A stretch of 64,000 nt of DNA from a virus: the IMG/VR virus record IMGVR_UViG_3300022200_000028, one strand, 5' to 3'. The notes under the pieces are model-generated. The model was not told the DNA's origin. It saw only the letters and a program-made list of their open reading frames with translations, and made no database searches. The stretch's first letter is position 1; every line of letters begins with the position of its first letter. Below, one piece after another: positions 40,935-52,800 of the stretch. The position numbers and the translations under genes were made by a program.

Positions 40935-42191
40935 TTAATCTAACCAAATTGAATATTCAGATGTTACTCCATGCTCTGGATGAATATACATCAAATGCTG
41001 ACATGGTCTGCTCATTGACGAAAAGAACTCTTGAGCATATGTATTGTGGCTTTCAGGGGAACCAGATATTCTTAGCATGGTGCTGCCTATCGTCATCTTA
41101 AATTGCTGATGATAATGACCCATAAAAACATCATCAAAATGATCTGGTATTGCGCCGTCTTTCCAGCCCATTACCTTTTTATAGTAACCATGGTATGAAG
41201 TTGGTGAAGGTAATTGATCGCCGTGTATCAACAGGCTGCTATAGCTGCCAACGCTGTCTACTGCGTACCAATTTCTTTCTCCGGCTCCATCTGGAATATT
41301 AAATGTGATTCTATCTTCTTTATCAAACATTAATTCAACTATTTTGTAAAGAAGTCTATCCATATTAGTTTCTGGATCATGCTGCTTTCTCATCTTACCC
41401 CCAACAGCACCGTGATTACCTATAACGCCAACAACGTGAACATTCTTAAAGTTTTGCAATGCTGTACTTAGGAACTTTGACAAGATTCTTGGGCCATTTA
41501 TACCAACCTGCCTATATAGTCCCGAGTCAATTAAGTGAGCTTGACCAGGAAATATTTCTTCTCCCTCTACAATGTCGCCGAGCAGCCATACGTGCAGGCT
41601 GTCAACGTTGTGATCCATTCTTTGAATTTCTGTTATCTCAAGAAGCTTTTCTGTGTATTGTTCTATTCTTTTTTCTAATACGTCAGAATTATAATCAGGA
41701 GTTACTTTGCCCAACTGCCAATCAGCGAACACAGCCACTGCTGTTTCAGGAGTCTTATGTTTGCTATTGTTCCTAAGAACTGGTTGCTTTATCTTGGGAA
41801 TCTCAAAATTTGAAAAAACATCAAATGCTGCCTGGTAAGCTGCTACAACAGTTTCGTGCTGAACGTTTTTATGTTTTTCTACTAGTTTTGCTAGTCTTTT
41901 ATTTTCTGATCTAAGAAAATCATTTCTAGAATCCGCAACCATAGAAACCAAGGATGGATCTGCGGTATCGTACTCTTGATCTTCTGATATTCCAATAACT
42001 GATGATTGGCTATAAGAACCATCTTTTTCATTGATGTATTCAATTATTTCATCTTCTGATATTTCTGTTACATTCAAATCTTCATCTAAAATGTCGCCTT
42101 TACCTATGTTTTCAAAGACAAGACTTTTGGCTTGGGAAACATTTGGAGCACGAACTATATATGTATTTGTGATAACAAAATTTTTACTCAT
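40935..42191 (-). CDS. Calcineurin-like metallophosphoesterase with short N-terminal domain
   Basis: FADWQLGK, WLLGDIVEGEEIF, VGVIGNHGAVGG, LLIHGDQLPS, FMGHYHQ. Confidence 0.8.
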   Translation of the reverse strand: MSKNFVITNTYIVRAPNVSQAKSLVFENIGKGDILDEDLNVTEISEDEIIEYINEKDGSYSQSSVIGISEDQEYDTADPSLVSMVADSRNDFLRSENKRLAKLVEKHKNVQHETVVAAYQAAFDVFSNFEIPKIKQPVLRNNSKHKTPETAVAVFADWQLGKVTPDYNSDVLEKRIEQYTEKLLEITEIQRMDHNVDSLHVWLLGDIVEGEEIFPGQAHLIDSGLYRQVGINGPRILSKFLSTALQNFKNVHVVGVIGNHGAVGGKMRKQHDPETNMDRLLYKIVELMFDKEDRITFNIPDGAGERNWYAVDSVGSYSSLLIHGDQLPSPTSYHGYYKKVMGWKDGAIPDHFDDVFMGHYHQQFKMTIGSTMLRISGSPESHNTYAQEFFSSMSRPCQHLMYIHPEHGVTSEYSIWLD

Positions 42192-42213
42192 TTAAATAAA
42201 ACCTACTCTGTGA

Positions 42214-43383
42214 CTATGAATTGGATTGACCCATTATAACAGAATATATAGATACATTTCCAGCTGCGGGATAAACCTTGTCACTCGATGGAGTAAAGTC
42301 CATAAATGGCATTTCTTTTCCGTCGATATTGAACGAACTAATGACCACATTTCTTATGTAGTCAGAAGATTGCCTTATTTGTCTTTCTATTTCTGTTATA
42401 GAGATTGTGTCCCCTATTGTTAATGAATTTAAATATCTTTTAACAAACAAAGCTGCTTGATTTTTTATTCCAGCATTTAGTGTATCGCCAACTGCATTTG
42501 AAAGAGATATGGTTGCAGATACATTGACCGCCAATTTTTCTGCTATTCTAATATTAAACCTAACACCAGCTGGTCTCACAGAGCTTATTGCCGCTAGCAC
42601 TACTTCTGGCATTTGTTTAATGCTTGATAGGTTTTCTGGAACAACAATAACATCACAGGACCCAACGCCATAGGAACTTTCTCTTATTCTAACATCCCTT
42701 ACGCCCTTAACTGATAGAGCTGCAAATCGGACCGACTCTGCTGTTCCAGCGGCCCTAGTCTTTATGGAGGATACTATTCTTCTTCTGTAATTGTCATCCG
42801 ATTCAGAATTTATTGCTGAGTAAACTTCTTTTGGATTATTGCAGAAAATAACCACTCCTGGAGGAGCTATGAAATTGTGTGATGTTAAAGAATTCTTTGG
42901 CGCCACATAAGTATTGTCAGAAAAGTCTGCAATAACTAATCCATAGGCTCTTGTTGATCCAGATGGAATAAGTACAGAATCATTTAATTTATACCTATAC
43001 TGTCTTACGGAAAAATTGTCAACATTGGTTAGTATCATAGTGTCTTTCGGCACTGTTATGTCTTGACTATAGGGTTTCTGTATAAAGAATTCAATATTAA
43101 AAGACTGTCTTTCAATAGCTGCGGCGTCGGAAATTTGTTTTCTAACTATTCCATAAAGCTCACCTATCAAATCAAGATTTCTACCAGATGCTGTAGAAAG
43201 TGCACCTTGTCTTAAGCTGAAATTTAAAGAAGAATACAAATCTGATATCTCTGTACTTATCGCTTCGGCAAAAGCTCTTGCTATTGAGCCAGGATAGACT
43301 GCTGTTATTCCAGCGTCCTTTTCTAAAGAATTTAAAATAGAAGTAAGTATTTCTTCTTTTTGTCTTGTTCCATATATAGGCAT
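42214..43383 (-). CDS. Baseplate J-like protein
   Basis: Typical layout: DLIGELYGIVRKQ..., SDDNYRRRIVSSIKTRAAGTAESVRFAALSVKGVRDVRI. Confidence 0.7.
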   Translation of the reverse strand: MPIYGTRQKEEILTSILNSLEKDAGITAVYPGSIARAFAEAISTEISDLYSSLNFSLRQGALSTASGRNLDLIGELYGIVRKQISDAAAIERQSFNIEFFIQKPYSQDITVPKDTMILTNVDNFSVRQYRYKLNDSVLIPSGSTRAYGLVIADFSDNTYVAPKNSLTSHNFIAPPGVVIFCNNPKEVYSAINSESDDNYRRRIVSSIKTRAAGTAESVRFAALSVKGVRDVRIRESSYGVGSCDVIVVPENLSSIKQMPEVVLAAISSVRPAGVRFNIRIAEKLAVNVSATISLSNAVGDTLNAGIKNQAALFVKRYLNSLTIGDTISITEIERQIRQSSDYIRNVVISSFNIDGKEMPFMDFTPSSDKVYPAAGNVSIYSVIMGQSNS

Positions 43384-43384
43384 A

Positions 43385-43765
43385 TTATGCTCCTAGGTCC
43401 TGAGATACAGAAAGAACCACTGGCTCATTAGTATCTGTTATAATGTGAACGTCAAACCTTATAGTATCTGGTCCAGTTGGAATTGCTTCTATTTGTATAT
43501 TTCTTCCCCTGAAAACATCTTCTTTTTCAAGTGCGGCTCTTATCAACCTCTTGCCAAAATCTCCAGTTTCTTTTGATTGCGGCATTCCGTATAGCACTGA
43601 AAGGTCTGTGCCAAGAGATGGATAAATGTAAAAATCTCCAGGCTCAGTCATTAGTCTTAGATAAACCTGTTGTATATCATCTTGAAGACTAGAAGTAGTT
43701 CTGGCAATATCTTTATTTCCGTTTACCAGTATATCTCCTGTCATTGTAAAATATAAATCAGACAT
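43385..43765 (-). CDS. gp25-like baseplate wedge protein
   Basis: GDILVNGNKDIARTTSSLQDDIQQVYLRLMTEPGDFYIYPSLGTDL. Confidence 0.75.
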   Translation of the reverse strand: MSDLYFTMTGDILVNGNKDIARTTSSLQDDIQQVYLRLMTEPGDFYIYPSLGTDLSVLYGMPQSKETGDFGKRLIRAALEKEDVFRGRNIQIEAIPTGPDTIRFDVHIITDTNEPVVLSVSQDLGA

Positions 43766-44399
43766 TTTTTATCTCATCAGCCTTAGATTTTGCTTGTGCA
43801 AAGGTAGATCCCTGCTTTATTAATTCCACCAAATATTCAATATATTCCTTAGAATGCTCTGACAGTATGTTCTGAACAAGCATAACTTCTTGTTCGGAAA
43901 GCCCTTCTGTTGGAATTAAAGAATTATATGTTTGACTAGTATCTGGCCCTTGGGGCGCAAATTGATAATCACCTTTTATAGTAACGGCTTTTTGCTCTTC
44001 TGATTCTTCTAAGGTCTTTAGTTTAGCTAAATAATGTTGTGCATCATTTTGGGCCGTATGTATTGATTTTGGGTCCACTTTAACTAATGTTGGCTGAGAA
44101 TAGTCAATAGCTGAATAATTAAAATTAAAATTATTCCATCTTAATCCTGTTTCTGAGCAGAACATCCTAATTTTATCAGCAAATAAAGATATGGATCTGC
44201 CTGTTCCACTTATAACTATACCAACTCCCGGAGCTGCAAATATCTCTATGTCTCCATCGTCGTTTAATCTTAAGAAAGAATTATTATCTGGATGATTGAA
44301 TCCAACTTCTCTTCTGGAAAACTCATTTCTTCTCTTAAGTTCTCCGGCTACAGAAAAGTTTTTTTCTGGCTCTACTGATTCTGTATATAGATTAGACAT
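43758..44399 (-). CDS. putative baseplate protein
   Basis: 213-aa ORF overlapping baseplate wedge gene. Confidence 0.5.
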   Translation of the reverse strand: MSNLYTESVEPEKNFSVAGELKRRNEFSRREVGFNHPDNNSFLRLNDDGDIEIFAAPGVGIVISGTGRSISLFADKIRMFCSETGLRWNNFNFNYSAIDYSQPTLVKVDPKSIHTAQNDAQHYLAKLKTLEESEEQKAVTIKGDYQFAPQGPDTSQTYNSLIPTEGLSEQEVMLVQNILSEHSKEYIEYLVELIKQGSTFAQAKSKADEIKNV

Positions 44400-44401
44400 A
44401 A

Positions 44402-44770
44402 TTACCTGGCCATAAATTTCGGAACACCTGTATTGACACTGTAATTATACATGTAATTTGAACTAAATTGCGGCTCGTCAAAGTACATAATAACATACGC
44501 AAATCTTTCGTTATCATCTCTAAAGCCCACTAAGCATCTTGTTCCTGGATTCGGTGCAACAGTTTGTATTCCAGGAGTTGAAGGACAGGGGACATTATTT
44601 AGTGTGTTTCCAATTTGACCAGAATATTGATCATCTAAAATTATAGAAGCGGTATTGGTTTCTACATTAAAAGACATGATTACACCTGGCCTTGTTTTGG
44701 CCTGACGCATTCTAGATTGATCTATTTGATTTTGAATTTTATTATCAAATTTTGGATACTTACTTGGCAT
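44402..44770 (-). CDS. putative baseplate spike/OB-fold-like protein
   Basis: RPGVIMSFNVETNTASIILDDQYSGQIGNTLNNVPCPSTPGIQ...GTRCLVGFRDDN. Confidence 0.5.
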   Translation of the reverse strand: MPSKYPKFDNKIQNQIDQSRMRQAKTRPGVIMSFNVETNTASIILDDQYSGQIGNTLNNVPCPSTPGIQTVAPNPGTRCLVGFRDDNERFAYVIMYFDEPQFSSNYMYNYSVNTGVPKFMAR

Positions 44771-44781
44771 GCTTTTACCTC

Positions 44782-46870
44782 TTACTCAAATACAGCTAAA
44801 TACTTAGTGCCATTAAACCAATTTTCTAAAAATGTTTTTCCATTTTTTTCTACTTCCTTTGAATCCTGGTTAAGTGTATTGGATTTTCGTGATTTGGCTT
44901 TGACTTTTTGCATTATCCAATCTCTCAATGTTCCTTCTGATTTGTTAGTCATTTTTTGATATACGGAAAGAACATCTTCAAATTGCATATTTGAGTAGTT
45001 AGTACTGGATATAAATCCATATTTTAGATAATTATCACCCCATGGTTCTATCGGCAAATCTTGTACTGGTTGCTTAAAATTAAATCTATTTATTTTACTT
45101 CTTAATAAATAAACTTGATTTGTTAAATTCCAAAGTCTTTTATCAAATTTATCAATACCAAACCCTGGTTGACCAGAAGCGCACCTAGCATTAATTTCTG
45201 CGTCTATAGAACTTTCTGGAATATCTTGCTTATCTGGAAGAGCCAATTTCCAGTATTGTGTTTGAAATTTTTCAGGAAGAAGAAGTTGACAATTTGCCGA
45301 TCCTCCGTCTTTTATTGCTGTAGATATTTGCCATAAACCTATAGCGCCCCATTTTTCTTGAACTATGTAAAGTTTTCTCTGAGATTCTCTATTGGCCAAT
45401 CCAACAAAAATAGCTGCCGCTTCTGGAGTAAACAAGCCGACATTTACAAGTGCATTAAAAATATCTTCTGGAGATATTTGTTGAGAATTATTAGTATAAT
45501 CTTTTGTTAATAAATTTGTTGAAGAAATTCTTCTTGTTCTTAAAAAAGAATCTTGATATTCAATTCCATTTTCATTTGATTCAGATGAAGAATTGGAAGA
45601 AGCGCTAGTCAAAGATCCTTGTCCATTGTAGATGCCGCCTCTAGCTGGAGAAAAACTTACATGTATATGATCATCATGACCAGAAAAATCTCTTTTAAGT
45701 TTTACATATTTTAAATTTGTATACTTTGTATCTAAAGATGTAGTTTTTGGCGTATATGTATCATACGAAGCGTCTACAAATTTAGCTGATACACAAATAA
45801 AATCTGGAATAAGGTGCAGCGGCATTGCGTTAAGTTTTGCTAAAAACAAATTAAGTTGATATTGATAACCCTCTTTAGTTGTTATCTTGTTCAAATTTTT
45901 TTCATATTTTCTTTCGGTTGAATGATTAACCGGAAGAATTGAGGAAAAATCAAAAGCCCTACCAAATGCGTGATCTGTTATAGTGTTTGATGGTGCTCCA
46001 GAAGATTTTGGCGTATCGTTTTGCCTTTGAGTGCCAAAACCTCCAGTTAATTTTAGTGCTGGACCATAAGAATCAGACAAAAGAACTAACAAAAATTCTA
46101 TTAAAGAAGCTGATATATACGCTTTTTGAGAGGGTGCTGTAACAATATCTTCGGATATTTTTCTTTCTATTACGTCTTTTGCTCCGCGGCACAGTTGAGC
46201 TAGTGTTATAGAACACTTCAGTATTTGAGTCTCTTATATCAAATTCAAACCCATTTTTAAGTATGCCTTTATCGACTGCTGAAATATTTAACTTTGATGC
46301 TAACAACTCTGCTCTATTTAAATACCAAGTTTTTTCTTGAGCGGTCATATCTTTATCAAGAGCTATTGGCCTTACACCTGCTCCAACAAAACCAGAAGAA
46401 CCGGCGTAGTCAACTGATCCATGCGCCAAACCCTCTACTGATGTTGTCTCTGGAGAATATCCGCTTCCATATTTCATCATTAAATTTTCGCTAAATGAAT
46501 CAACAAGACCAGCTGACCCCTGCAAACCAATTCCACTTCTGGCAAAAATATTTAATGCTAAAGAAGCGGAGTCCACATTTGGATCATTAGTAATTTTATT
46601 TTCTAAAAGTGTATTTGATAAGCTGTTTAAATTTTCTCTAGCTATATTCATTCTATAAAGATTCCCATAAAGAGTATTTCCCAATAACTCTTTTCCAGAA
46701 GCAGCAGATATTAAGTCTACGCTTGTTAGGGTTTGACCTTGATACCCTCTATCGGCCAAAGATGTTTTATTAAATGGCTGGCTATTTTTTGGATTAATAT
46801 TTTTAACTATACTCTTAGTTAAAGAAGCGGAGTCGTTTAGGTTTTCTGGCGTAAAATCATAATAAGACAT
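44782..46870 (-). CDS. ~695-aa tail-associated protein with M15-like peptidase and lysozyme-like domains, expressed by +1 frameshift at CGG 46184-46186
   Basis: ORF 46073..46870 ends FYNTSSTVP-CGG; +1 frame reads GAKDVIERKISEDIVTAPSQKAYISASLIEFLLVLLSDSYGPALKLTGGFGTQRQND, then DHAFGRAFDFSS...DHIHVSF (M15-like HxxGxAxD ... HxH) in ORF 44782..46092. Confidence 0.8.
46184..46186 (-). promoter_or_regulatory. CGG +1 frameshift site (M15/lysozyme-like tail protein)
   Basis: GTG CCG CGG AGC -> CCG c GGA GCA AAA. Confidence 0.85.
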
Positions 46871-46872
46871 TT

Positions 46873-49800
46873 TTAATTTTCACCTACCTTGGTTGGAATT
46901 CCCAACGAATCTACTGCATTATTGACTGAGTTTGATTCTGTCAACAGATCTTTTGCGTACACGCTGGCCAAATTATTAATGACCAATTCCCAATTAAGAG
47001 TATACGGAGTGCCATCATCATAGTACTCGTCCCATAGAACTAATGGCCATTTTGAGGCGGAGGAATATAACTCTTCTAGAATCTTCATCTCAACCATATT
47101 TGAGTATATTTTTTGAGCCGTTATAGTATTAAGGAATCCGCCGTCTATTACTCCGACACTATGATCAACATTTGTCAAAGAATCTACCTGTCCGTAAACT
47201 TTTTCGTATACCTGATTTACGGCAAATATAGATCCATATAAACTGTCTTTAAATTCTTTTTTAATTTTATCATAATCTAAATTATTTTTAATAAATATAT
47301 TAAGTACAAAACTCTTTATATTAGATAGATTAGTTGAAGATGTTTTATAGAAAATAGTTGCCAAAGTTCTTCCAAAAAGTTCTTTTAGATAGTTATTCTC
47401 TGTATTTGTTTCTGATCCAGGAGCAAAAGTTTCTTCACTAGAATCTGCAGATAGATTTCCATTGGCGTCTTGCTTAATTCTCAACAAAAAGATCTTGTCA
47501 GTTAGTGCGTTTGCAGTAAATGTCGTAGCCTTATAACCGGGAGATTGCTTGTCTATAATCGTTGCTAACACCTCTGTATAATTATCATCTTTGGGATCTC
47601 CATATTGAGGTGTTATCATGGCTTGTTCTGGTGCGTTTATGCCATCAAAACGAACATCAAACTTCTTGCCACTAATTATATCTACAACGGCTATAGTGTC
47701 TGCGTCTTTAATTCCACTCTTTTTAGCTCCAGCTGATGAGGTTGATGAGCTAATTGGCAAACCTTCTGATGTGTCAAGTTTGCACAAAACCTTAAAGAAA
47801 GGTTCAAATGTAGTTTTTTCTGGACCAAGATTTGACAAGCCCAATACTTTCGAATGCACTAGTGCATTTTCATAACTTATATATCTTACTAGTTCTTTTA
47901 TTTCAACTTCATTCCAGCCAAGACTCTTAAATAAATCATCACTTCTAATATAGGCGTGTCCATCTGCCGTTCTTGCCCTTCTTCTTACCCCAAGTATTCC
48001 AGGAAGAAGAGCCTTTGAATGATATCTTCCAACTACCATTCCCTGATTGTATGATAAGCCGCCGTCCATTGGTTGACCATTTTTATTTAAATACTGAACG
48101 TAGGCACCGTGTTGATCTAAAAGATTATCTCTTACCCATCTCCAGCCCTTCCATAGAAGCTGACCAAATAGTCCAGCTGTTGGTATGGCTACGGCTGCGG
48201 CGGCTATTCCAGTAGTGCCAGCTATTGCTGCCGCACCAACGCCAACACCAGCAGATCCTGTTATTCCACCTATAAATGATGCAATGCCGACAGCTCCGTT
48301 ATTTCCGTTGATTTGAGCTTGTTTTCTAACCTCCTCAGTAAACGAAGGTTCTTCAGAAAAAGAATCGTAAGTCATGGACGCTACAACGTCTTTTACTAGA
48401 GCCGAAGCGCCGTGTGTAAATTTAAGTCCTCCGCATCATCTGTGCGTTGAGATTATCTGCTAGCCTATCTATAGAAATATTTCCTCCTGCAGATATTCCA
48501 GAATTGTTTGCCCTCACAGAATCTAAGAATAGTCTCGTATCGTTTCTTATTGCCTGAGTATTCATCCATGAATCTAGCCAAGAAGTCATAAACCATCTTG
48601 CCGGATCATTAACAGTAACTAAGGCATTCGGCGTTATTGACGTTATATATCCAAGCTCTGAAGTAAAATGATGAATTACTTGCTCAACTTCAAATATTCC
48701 GTACATTCTCTCGTATACGTCTGCTATGTAAACAAGGTCATGTGGCCTTATATCTCCATTGCCAACTATGAGTAATTCTCCGCCATATATATCTTTAACA
48801 TTTTCTTTAAGATGAGAAAGTGCTATTCTTTTAGCGGCTAGTTCATCTGGGCTTCCAGTAACATTTTTTACAATTCCTCTTGTAGTTTCAAATGGATGCA
48901 AAAGTGGATGTAAGAATCCAAAAAATCCTTCTCCGACAGGATTATCAAAATATATTCCTGTTTCAACAGTTGTTTCATTCATTCTTTCCGGTGACGCTCC
49001 TTTATCAAGCGCAACTGTTACCGGATATTTTCCATCCGAAACCGCTGTTATTACGGTTGAAACATCGTTATTTGTTTCTCTAATCTGATTAGAAAGTATG
49101 TGGCTAAATGAACTTAGATAGTGTATTCTTTGGAATGGCTCTCTAACTTCTATAACTGGCTCACCGTACTCTCTGGTGAAAGGATTATCAACTGATCTCA
49201 ATAGAGATCCTGGCCTACCTAACTTATAATAAATAGAATCATTTAATGCCTTGTTTAATATATTTGCTTGCCTACCAAGCTGACCAGCTTCAGATATTCC
49301 ATATCCTGCTTGCATCATATTTAGCTTGAATGTTTGAAGCAATCCAGTTAGAGCGCTGCCCATTGCCGAGAATATAACTCCAACATTTCTATCCCAAAAG
49401 TTGTCTACATTAGAAATTGCTTTAGATACTAAGTTTGTTGCACTACTGCCTTCTCCTCTATTGTTGTAAAGAAGCTGCATAAATTTCTTTTTATCTTTTG
49501 CATAAGTATTATTTGGATTTATGAAAGCAGCAAATATCTTATCTACTGCTTTAAAATCCCACTGCTCATCTTTACTGCGGAATAAGCCGACTTTTCTTGA
49601 TGGCTTAAGCACTAGCCAGGCCCTTGCGTAAGGATCTTGCCACATAACCTGCCTAAATATACCAACTAGTGTCAAGAACAATTGTCTTGGAGTTTTTATT
49701 AATTCGCCGTTTACCTCAGAACCTCGGACGTTTTCCTCTTCCCCTAATTCTTGCCTAAGAAAACTATCATTATATACTAAAAAGTTTTCTCTAAATTTTG

Positions 49801-52800
49801 TTATTTTATTTTTAACTAATTCATTGAAATATTCTACTAGTCCACCATTTTCAATGGAGGCGTCTATAAAGTTTTTTCTAGCAAACTCTATTGCAAGAGA
49901 TTCTTGTCCAGTAATTTCATTTCCAAACAATATGGAAAATTCATCTCTTGCTGAGTCGTTGCTTTCGAAAAACTTTTTGAATACATTATTAGTTGAAGAA
50001 TCATTGATAAACAAATTTTTTATAAAATCAGGAAATTCTTCATCGTTATTTGGATCTAAAGAATATGTTTCGGAAAATATTGCTTGAACAGAATCATATG
50101 TATGATAGCCTATTCTAAATTGATTCCATATCCCCTCCGCTTCGTCTATTGTTCTACCATTGCCAGCTATGACGGACATATTTAAATCGTAGTCTTCATC
50201 GTAGTATTTTCTAGCCTCAATAGATGTTGAATCAGCTATGCTAAAAACTGGAGCAAAATAAGTATTACCCGTTCCAGCTATGTTGTCTCCTGTTTGAGCG
50301 CCAGACGTATTTAATAAATCTAAACCAATCTGCTTACTTACTGGATCTTCAAAAATACTATTATTACTTGACACTGGCTCGGCGGACAAATATCTTTGAA
50401 AATATGTTCTATAATTTCCGCCATATTTAGGATCTATTTCAATTAACTTATTGACTGGAGTGTATTCACTTATACTTGTTTTCTCTAATTGAAGCTCTGG
50501 TCTTGTTCTATAAATAGAATCATTAAAGTCAGTAAGTTCAGCTTGTAAATTTTCTTCAGATTCAAAATTTCCAAAACCTATAACAAAATCATCTAATTCT
50601 TTTCCAAGACTATCTTTTGCTCTAAACTTTTTAATCGGAACAAACATACTAGTTGCAACGCCTAGGGGAACAGTGTTTGGAACAAAAGCAAAATGGCAAT
50701 CTTGTGGAACCGGCATGTCGTTGTAGCCTGCGCCAAAATCTTTTCCAGTTGATGTGGTGCGAAGATTATTCTCACTGGTTAAAATTCCAAGAAAGAAAGC
50801 TGCGTCAGGAGATACTACTGCTGATATTTCCATATCTGCAAATTCTGGAGTGGTGCTGGGCGAATCGGCGTCATATCCAAAAGTTCCAAAAAGTAATTCT
50901 CCAGCTAAGTCTAAAGAGTCTTCGATAAATCCATCTGCGTTTGAAGTATCTGCAAGTTGTCTAAATACTTTACTTTTTTCCTCTCCCCATAAAAAATAAG
51001 CTGGCTTACAAACAACTGCAATATTATTTCTGGAATTATATATTAAGACATGAGAATTCTTATAGTCTTTTACTTGCCCTGCTAATTCATTTTTTGCTAT
51101 TTTTCCAGCAAAGTATTTCGACCAAAATTTATCAATTTCTTCTGATGATGCGGATGGCAAATATGGCCATCTCATGGCAACATAAAACTGTTCATCTATT
51201 GGATTTTCTGGAGCTGTCCATTCAGAAAAATTAACAACATCACCTTTTTCTGGTAGCGGCATTTCTATCTGTGTTTCCATACTTTCTATTTTTGCATTCG
51301 AAAAACTATAAGAATTTTCAAGTGGATTTGCTGCGCTTAATCCTGAATAATTTCTTGTCTCAAATGTTTCTACGTCTGCTCGAAGCTGCTCTGCAAATTC
51401 AATTCCATATACTTGTTGAATTGCAGAAGTGTAAGCCGCTCTTCTATCTGTGGCTTCTGTTGTCCTAACATTAACATCATCATAATTAATTAGACCTTTT
51501 CCGTACGCCTAATTCATCTTTTATTTTTGAAAAGAACGATAGACTATAAGATATTTGATTAAACTGAAATGGATAATCTTCTAGTCTGTATTTAGACTGT
51601 ATTCCCTTATAGGCAAAGAGTGGATACCTAAATCTAGACGGAAGTTGAGGTATTTGTACATGATTTGTTTCAGCGTTCTGCTTTGATTTTACTGGCAAGT
51701 GGAATCCTATTGTTACCATGCCTCTATTTTTGGGAAGTCTAGCTACAACTTTTCCAGGTCTTTTTGTAACTGGATCTAAATCAATTATTGTTTGAGATTT
51801 AATTGAATCAAAATTAATTACTTTACCCTTTAAAGCGCCAGAGGCTTGATAATAAGATTGGGACTTTTGTTGCAATACAGCTATTTCTTGCAATGCCTCT
51901 ATAGGATCTTTACTTCTAATAAATGCGTTTGCGTCAGCGTAAGGGCTTACTTGCTGATTTATGTGAGACATTATTTCTGCAAGTCCGTAGTCAGGATCTA
52001 TTATTTTTGGACCGCCGGAAAGACCAAGCTCTAACATCTTTGATTGATTTGGATGCCCAGTTGTTATTGGCACTAAGCCAGAAGTATATAGCCAATGTGG
52101 TTTACCGTAAAATACTGTTGATCTATCTTCAAATGGCCTTACTGCAACTATGTAATTTGGAAGTAGTCTTGCACACGTCTTAAATAGATCCCAAACTGTC
52201 CTCATATAGGTTTGAGCTCTAAAAGAGACCTCATCAAATCCCGGCATATCGTCGTCATCGTTTGCCGATAGCAGGCCGACCATTCTCATGATATTATTTC
52301 CACCTCTACCGCTAAGCACGCCGAGCAGTCCGACCGTAGACGCTACGCCAATAGCAGGAGCTCCCGCGACTGCCGCTATACCTAAACCTGCAGCGGTTAC
52401 TGAACTATTTAGTCCGACTTTGGTTGCGGTTGCACTCTGGCTAGCTATAAGCGAGCCTCCAGAAGTCATATTTTCGACCGCAATTTTTGCGTCTACTCCA
52501 CTTTCTTGGCCATATTTTGATAACAAAGAATTCCAAGTTCTATCCGTTAATCTAGATAAATAGTCTATTCTGTCATTTGGTTGTGATTCTGGAGTTATTG
52601 AGGAGACACTTGTCCATCCATCTCCTAAGTCGCCACCCAAAAATTGAGCTATTCCAGTTCCATTTCCTGGATATATATTTCTCTTAAATACTTCAAGATC
52701 TCTTTGGCTTGAAAAATTCGACCAAAGCTGATTCATTAAACCAAAAACTCCGTCTCTATATTCTGGAGTGCCTGTAATAAAGGCGTCTGATAATTGACCA

